From Eledone cirrhosa (lineage: Eukaryota), in contig OZ024750.1 of NCBI GenBank assembly GCA_964016885.1, positions 16,740,001-16,804,000 on the forward strand: 64,000 nt of DNA. Direction: 5' to 3'. The first letter of the stretch is position 1; each line of letters starts with the position of its first letter. The notes under the pieces were generated by a model, which was not told where the DNA came from, made no database searches, and was given only the letters and a program-made list of their open reading frames with translations. The position numbers and the translations under genes are program-made. Of this stretch, positions 56,732-64,000 are shown in pieces.

Positions 56732-58403
56732 GATAGCAACTAACAGTGCTGCGATCGAATGTGGCTTTTTAGCCCAGCCAATGATCCAAAATGTCTTGCA
56801 CAGAGTCGGCAACCAAAACATTTACTGGGAATAGTCGGCTGTGGTTGGAGTTCGTGTACTTTTGCATGTCGCTTGAGTCCTCCTGCTGATTTACATTCTC
56901 TACCACATGTTTGGCAAGCATGATGAGTAGCATCTCCAACAGCAGCCTGGTAGTCAACCACTGGTCTTACTTTATGACTGCGAAGATGACTTTCGAGTCC
57001 AGCTTTGCTTAGGCAGAGTCTCGCACAGACGCTGCATGTCAGAAACACAGGAGGACCCTCGCCGTCTGGAAGTGCAACAGCAATACCCTTCCTCACGTCC
57101 CGCTTTACTTTCTCGTGTGCGATTCGAGATGCCTCAAAGGCAACTTTTCCCTCATATACAGTCTTTCTCCATTTATTACGATCAGCAGCAATATTTTCCC
57201 ATGTATCAGCAGAGATGTTAGCGTCTTTCAGAGAGGCCTTCAAGGAATCCTTATACCTCTTTTTTGGTTTATGTGGCGGTCGTTTTCCTTTAACCAACTC
57301 TCCATAGAAGAGTTGTTTTGGTATTCTAGAATCCTTCATCCTGGCAAGGTGACCACTCCAACGGAGTCGCTGCTTAAGCACAAGAGCTTCTATACTGTCA
57401 CACATAGAGCTTTCCAAAATCTCGACATCACTGATGTGGTCCCTCCAGTGAACGCCATGTATCCGTCTGAGACACATCTGATGGAAACGCTCCAATTGCT
57501 TAAGGTGGCGTCGATATGCGACCCAGGTCTCGCAGGCATAAAGAAGACAAGAGAGTACACATGCCCTGTACACCTTTACCTTTGTCCTCCTGCATATGTC
57601 TCGCCGACCCCAGAGTCGCCTTTCTAGCTTTCCGAAAGCATCACTTGCTTTCCTAATCCTAAGTGAGATTTCACTGTCAAGGTTGCCGTATCGATTGACA
57701 GTGCTTCCCAGGTAGACAAACTGATCAACCACTCCAAGTCGTTTGCCATACACATAGATGTTTGGTTCAGTGTACTGCCTACCAGGTGCAGGTTGGTACA
57801 TGACGACGGTTTTCTTGAGACTGACAGTCAAACCCAGGGCAGTGCAAGCGTCAGAAAATACATTCAAAATCTGCTGCATATCACTCTCTGTGTGCGCTAC
57901 AAGATCGCAATCATCTGCATACAAGAGGTCTCTTATGACTGATGTAAATACTTTTGTCTTCGCAGCAAAGCGCCTGATGTTAAATATGCTGCCTGAGGTT
58001 CGATATCGGATGTAAACACCATGCTCGCAATTCCTGAATGCAATACAGAAAACCATTGCAAAGTATATGGCAAACAGGGTCGGTGCTGGAATATCCCCCT
58101 GTTTCACTCCATTTTTTACTGAGATAGGCTCCGACATGTTACCTCCGACATTAACCCAAGCCTTCATGTCGTCATGGAAAGACCTAACTAAAGCAAGGAA
58201 CTTATCAGGGCAACCAAGTTTCTGGAGAACCTTCCATAATGCATCTCTGTTGACAGTATCGAAAGCCTTTGTCAGATCGACAAAAACCTGATACAGATCC
58301 AAGCCCTGTTCAATGCACTTCTCCTGGAGCTGTCTAGCTGAGAAGATCATATCAGTAGTGCCGCGTCCAACACGAAAACCAGATTGACTTTCAGGAAGGA
58401 CAC
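56468..58403 (-). mobile_element. 5'-truncated RTE-clade LINE
   Basis: RT ORF plus microsatellite-rich 3'UTR and (TGTA)n tail; both ends sit in (TACA)n. Confidence 0.92.
56740..58401 (-). CDS. RTE LINE ORF fragment: reverse transcriptase plus three C2H2 zinc fingers
   Basis: ESQSGFR, FVDLTKAFDTV, GVKQG, LLYADD, YLGS, LLYACETW, RLRWSGH; fingers CSVC..HLRSH, CQTC..HAKVH, CRLC..HIRSQH; no stops in about 550 aa; endonuclease domain missing. Confidence 0.9.
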   Translation of the reverse strand, partial: VLPESQSGFRVGRGTTDMIFSARQLQEKCIEQGLDLYQVFVDLTKAFDTVNRDALWKVLQKLGCPDKFLALVRSFHDDMKAWVNVGGNMSEPISVKNGVKQGDIPAPTLFAIYFAMVFCIAFRNCEHGVYIRYRTSGSIFNIRRFAAKTKVFTSVIRDLLYADDCDLVAHTESDMQQILNVFSDACTALGLTVSLKKTVVMYQPAPGRQYTEPNIYVYGKRLGVVDQFVYLGSTVNRYGNLDSEISLRIRKASDAFGKLERRLWGRRDICRRTKVKVYRACVLSCLLYACETWVAYRRHLKQLERFHQMCLRRIHGVHWRDHISDVEILESSMCDSIEALVLKQRLRWSGHLARMKDSRIPKQLFYGELVKGKRPPHKPKKRYKDSLKASLKDANISADTWENIAADRNKWRKTVYEGKVAFEASRIAHEKVKRDVRKGIAVALPDGEGPPVFLTCSVCARLCLSKAGLESHLRSHKVRPVVDYQAAVGDATHHACQTCGRECKSAGGLKRHAKVHELQPQPTIPSKCFGCRLCARHFGSLAGLKSHIRSQHC

Positions 58404-58608
58404 ATACATACATACATACATAAATACATACATACATACCTACATACATACATACATACATACATACATACATACATACCTACATACATACATAAATACA
58501 TACATACATACCTACATACATACACACACACACACACACATATATACATACACACATACATACATACATACATACATACATACATACATACATACATACA
58601 TACATACA

Positions 58609-58641
<33 letters not shown>

Positions 58642-58850
58642 TTGTCAGTATTTTTTCTGTCTTGCAGGCATGGTGTCAACGAAGATCTCACTATATTCCT
58701 ACATTCTTTCATCTCTGTGAGATCAGTGAAATGAGGAGATAATTTGACCTGGCTAGAAATAACACTCAACACATACCTTCGGCTAAATCTTATATACATA
58801 TATATATGTGTGTATATATGTGTGTGTATATATATATACATATATATATT

Positions 58851-58882
<32 letters not shown>

Positions 58883-58945
58883 GTTATTGAAAAACAGATT
58901 AGTTGTGTCCATCTAACTATATCGATATATATAAATGTGTTTCTG

Positions 58946-59043
<98 letters not shown>

Positions 59044-59077
59044 TAATAAATGGAAACTATATTTATAAAACCATATT

Positions 59078-59143
59078 TATTTCATTATACATATTTCAAG
59101 TGCCACCAAGGCAAACTATGGTGCGCTTTCATCAGATAAAATA
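59078..59143 (-). ncRNA. Type I hammerhead ribozyme motif (intronic, sense to sim)
   Basis: UAUUUUAU-CUGAUGA-AAGCGCACCAUAGUUUGCCUUGGUGGCACUU-GAAA-UAUGUA-UA-AUGAAAUA. Confidence 0.75.
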
Positions 59144-59426
59144 TAATATAGGTTAGTTTTATAAATAAATATTGACATACTCTGACATACATACAAACAC
59201 ATTAAAATATAACGAGGAAAAACAACACAGACGGGCAATACAGTACACCGATGATATATTATCATATTAATTTAAGAATAATGTACTTATTTTCTCACAA
59301 CATAGCTATAATTTTTCAGCAAAGCGTGTTCTCGCCTGACTTCATCGGAGAATCTTTGTGGACACATGTTATTTCATTCTATGAAGCCTTCTATGATCAT
59401 CCTGATCTTGTAAACTATGATTTACT

Positions 59427-59466
<40 letters not shown>

Positions 59467-59474
<8 letters not shown>

Positions 59475-59650
59475 TATAAGTATTAATAAAATAGATGTTC
59501 TTTTGATCAATTACATTTTATTATACATATTTCGGATGTACAACAGTACGTCCTCATCAAACAAAATATAATGATACATGACATACCCTGAGATGTTAAA
59601 TGGTTAAGATTTAATCAAAGTAGTATTTTATTAATACTTATATTTTAATA
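59467..59650 (-). mobile_element. Decayed hammerhead-family copy between 27-bp inverted repeats
   Basis: Core UUGAUGA-GGACGUAC..GUACAUCC-GAAA-UAUGUA-UA at 59515-59568; inverted repeats 59467-59493 / 59624-59650. Confidence 0.6.
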
Positions 59651-59747
59651 TTAATATCTCCAGAAAATTATTTTTACCGTTGAGTGCTTCCAATCTACTG
59701 TAAAACTCATTCTTTGACATAATCATTGAATATTGTTTAACAATTTA

Positions 59748-59826
<79 letters not shown>

Positions 59827-60384
59827 TAATAATGAAAATAAAACAAAATTCAGATGTGGGTACTACTATTATTTCAGGGGCTTTATAGTAAATCGAATGA
59901 TCGAACTTAAGCTCTGAAAGCGTTACCTTGATGAATCGATCATTTCAACACTGCATTGAGTTCTATCAACATTATCTGTCCCACCTTAATGTGTGTGTAT
60001 GATTATATATATATATATGTGTGTATATATATACGTACATAATCATATACATATATATATATATATACATACATACACACATGAGTACCCACACATATAC
60101 GTACGTACGTACGTACATACATACGTTCATACATACATACATACATTACATACATACTTTAATCACGTTTGCATTTTCCCCGAAGTATGTCGAATTGCGC
60201 CTAAATTAGAAATCAATATTGAAAGGCAACACCTGAATAAAACCTCCATTTGTTTAACATTGTATCACGTGTTCAAAACACAAAACACCGAGTGTCGCTT
60301 GTGTCTTTAGAAAAATAATTACTTTGTGTTATTACTACATAATAGATTCCAGTGACTTATATTCTAGTTATGATTGATGTGATA

Positions 60385-61290
60385 GCATGTATGTATGTAT
60401 GCATGTATGTATCTATGTGTTTATGTATGTATGTATGTATATATGTATGTATGTTCTTCTAGTTTTATAATTTCACAAAGTTTTACCAATAGAGAGAGAG
60501 TCGGTTTCTAACATAGACACAAGATTCTCATGTATGTATGTATGTATGTATGTATGTATGTATGTATGTATGTATGTATGCATGTATGTATGTATGTATG
60601 TATGTATGTATGTATGTATGTATGTATGTATGTATGTATCTATGTGTTTATGTATGTATGTATGTATATATGAATGTATGTGTTTATGTATGTATGTATG
60701 TATGTATGTTTGTGTTTATGTATTTATGTATGTATGTGATTATGTATGTATGTATATATGTATGTATGTCTTTATGTATGTATGTATGAATGTATGTATG
60801 TATGTGCTTATGTATGTATGAATGTATGTATGTATGTTTGTGTTTATGTATGTATGTATGTGTTTATGTATCTATGTATATATGTATGTATGTATATATG
60901 TATGTATGTGTTTATGTATGAACGTATGTATGTATGTGTGTATGTATGTATCTATGTGTTTATGTATGTATGTATGTATGTATCTGTGTTTATGTATGTA
61001 TATATGTATGTATGTGTTTATGTATGTATGTATGTACCAATGTACGTACGTATGTATGTTAGTATGTTCTTTTGGTTTTATAATTTCACAATGTATGTAT
61101 GTATGTAGGAATGTATGTATATATCTATGTATATTTTATATGCATGCATGTTCCTATGTACGTTTCTATGTATGTATGTACGTATGTATGTATATATATA
61201 TATATATATATGTATATGCATACCTATATATATATACATACATATATGTATACATACGCATATATAAATATACATACATACATATGTATG
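60385..61290 (+). repeat. (TATG)n microsatellite field
   Basis: Direct inspection; representative of the many (TA)n, (CA)n and (TACA)n tracts across the window. Confidence 0.9.
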
Positions 61291-61625
61291 TTTGTATGTC
61301 TATAGTGAAATCGTGTAACAACAAGAATCAACCAATGAAAGGATGTCATGTTCTTCTATTCGCCTATTCTGTCTGCCTGTTGTGTAAAAGCCCCAGGTGA
61401 ATGTTGCCTCATGTCACCATCAGTTACATCACACTAAATATATTATTTGTCTATTTAAAAAATCTGTTGTAAGGAAACATGAATGACATCGTATGTGTTT
61501 ATATATAAGTCGTGAGAAATAGCCAAACAAAATGGCGGATCTTTTGAAAATATTCAAAGAGAAAATGGCTGCTCCAATTCAATTCAAAATACAATATATA
61601 TATACATACATTCATACACACACAC

Positions 61626-61721
<96 letters not shown>

Positions 61722-62134
61722 TTTTGAGTGTATATGCATATATACACACTTACACACACATATATATATCTGTATATGCATGTATGTATATGTATATATA
61801 CATATGTAATAAAGAAGACATTTACAGTCACGTGTTCAATCTTTATTGTAAAATAAGATGTCTTTTGACCTAATGACAATGCACAAAGAAAGTCTAAATC
61901 TGTTAAACAGAATTAGCTACTTTTGATTAGCTATTCTCTCTGATCGTTATAGTAGAGGGATGTGATGAGATACTGAAATATTTGTGGCTGCAGCAAATGT
62001 AAGATGAATTATATCACCTACGAATCAGAGCAAACTCACAGTCGGATTCCCCTCACCGAGTGCTTGCACATAACCATTATCTAACGAGACTATTCCTTCT
62101 TCTAACATTCCAAGAGTGTTAAATATTCCCTTCT

Positions 62135-62212
<78 letters not shown>

Positions 62213-62356
62213 TATACATACATATATATACATACACACACACACACATATATATATATACACACACACACACATATATATATATACACACACACACACA
62301 CATATATATATACACACATATATATACACACACACACATATATATATATATACGCG

Positions 62357-62390
<34 letters not shown>

Positions 62391-62398
62391 CACGCACA

Positions 62399-62440
<42 letters not shown>

Positions 62441-62512
62441 AATCCACACACATATATATATACACACACACACACACATATATATATACACACACACATA
62501 TATATATATACG

Positions 62513-62546
<34 letters not shown>

Positions 62547-62554
62547 CACGCACA

Positions 62555-62611
<57 letters not shown>

Positions 62612-62617
<6 letters not shown>

Positions 62618-62976
62618 CAGGAAAGAAGATTGACATGGTTTGCAATACAAAAAAGGTTTTTAATCTCATTGCTGACAATTGTTTCTCTGAACTGGTAGGT
62701 CTAGAGATCGCTATTCGCTTGTTTTCACGTTACTCGATCGCCAATACAAAATTATAATAAAAACCTTTTTTGTATTGCAAACCATGTCAATCTTCTTTCC
62801 TGATTTATTATTACTCCAAGTGTTTACAACATAGGAATTACGGCATACCCGCAACATCACTATGAATACGCCTTGTTGAGTCAAACCAAGCCTAGCGTTG
62901 ATATCATCCACTACCCGGAATACCATAACTGGACTACACCTAAGGGGACTGGATATAACTATTATTTGTTACCCCG

Positions 62977-62980
<4 letters not shown>
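62612..62980 (-). mobile_element. Fragment with ~50-bp inverted duplication, possibly a Penelope-like RT remnant
   Basis: 62612-62661 is the reverse complement of about 62759-62808; minus-strand LW(Y)/FRVVDDI resembles the PLE W.RYVDD motif (weak). Confidence 0.4.
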
Positions 62981-63046
<66 letters not shown>

Positions 63047-63084
63047 TATATACACACACATATATACATACATATAGGAGTCGA

Positions 63085-63296
63085 TCGACTTTCGTCAAAT
63101 CGGACCGAGGGAACAATGTTTCCGTTGGTCTTTCCAATTGCTAATACTATCTATCGGTCGCAACTCCAGGTAGAAGGAGCAACGTGAAATAAAGTGTCTT
63201 GCCCAAGGACATAACGCATCGCCTGGTCCAGGAATCGAACTCACAACCTTATGATTGTGAATCCAATTCTCTAACCACTCAGCCACACGCCTTCAC
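63085..63296 (-). mobile_element. tRNA-derived SINE with CORE-like domain
   Basis: A box TGGCTGAGTGG, B box GTTCGATTCC, then GTCCTTGGGCAAGACACTTTA. Confidence 0.75.
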
Positions 63297-63305
63297 GATA
63301 CATAC

Positions 63306-63459
<154 letters not shown>

Positions 63460-63567
63460 ATATATATGTATATATATATATATATACGCAAAAATTGTCT
63501 TCGTAATGAAACAGGATTTTAAAGACAACCAAAATCTAACAAACAAAATATTGTTGTGGTCCTCTTA

Positions 63568-63750
<183 letters not shown>

Positions 63751-63807
63751 TTATAAGAATTAGGTTCACGGCTTCACATTTAACCGTCCAAAATTCACTT
63801 GCAAAAA

Positions 63808-64000
63808 CAAATTCATATACATAGGTCTATGTAAGGACCCACCAGAGTCGGCCGCAGCAACTTATCAAATTCATATACATAGGTCTATGTAAGGTCCCAC
63901 CAGCGTCGGCTGCAGCAATTTATCAAATTCATATACATAAGTCTATGTAAGGACCCACCAGCGTCGGCCGCAGCAATTTATCAAATTCATATACATAGGT
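63808..64000 (+). repeat. 58-bp minisatellite running off the window end
   Basis: CAAATTCATATACATAGGTCTATGTAAGGACCCACCAG.GTCGGCCGCAGCAA.TTAT starts at 63808, 63866, 63924, 63982. Confidence 0.9.

Noticed and set aside
58402-58473. MYVC start of the 577-aa RT ORF as an intact LINE gene
   Set aside because: The ATG comes from the (TATG)n flank; the element is 5'-truncated and lacks its endonuclease.

Overview
AT-rich, microsatellite-saturated metazoan genomic DNA. The SINE families, TTAGGG repeats and RTE/Penelope content point to a coleoid cephalopod, probably Octopus (inference). Almost all ORFs in the supplied track are simple-repeat artefacts. Real content: (1) a cluster of 11 tRNA-Arg(CCT) copies at 2.1-13.4 kb (7 intact, 4 damaged), with a 2035-bp tandem duplication and a 24-bp minisatellite born from the tRNA spacer; (2) two oppositely oriented interstitial telomeric arrays (18.2-22.1 kb and 30.7-32.7 kb), each fused to a complementary half of one ~195-bp MITE whose intact form is at 4479-4673; (3) the last two coding exons of a single-minded (Sim, bHLH-PAS) gene on the minus strand (63569-63716 and 42501-45117); (4) many short (TA)n-embedded elements with type I hammerhead ribozyme motifs, often as near-perfect fold-back palindromes, plus a Penelope-like GIY-YIG fragment; (5) a young 5'-truncated RTE LINE with three C2H2 fingers, nested with non-autonomous derivatives in (TACA)n. 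All alignments and folds were done by eye, so repeat boundaries are approximate.
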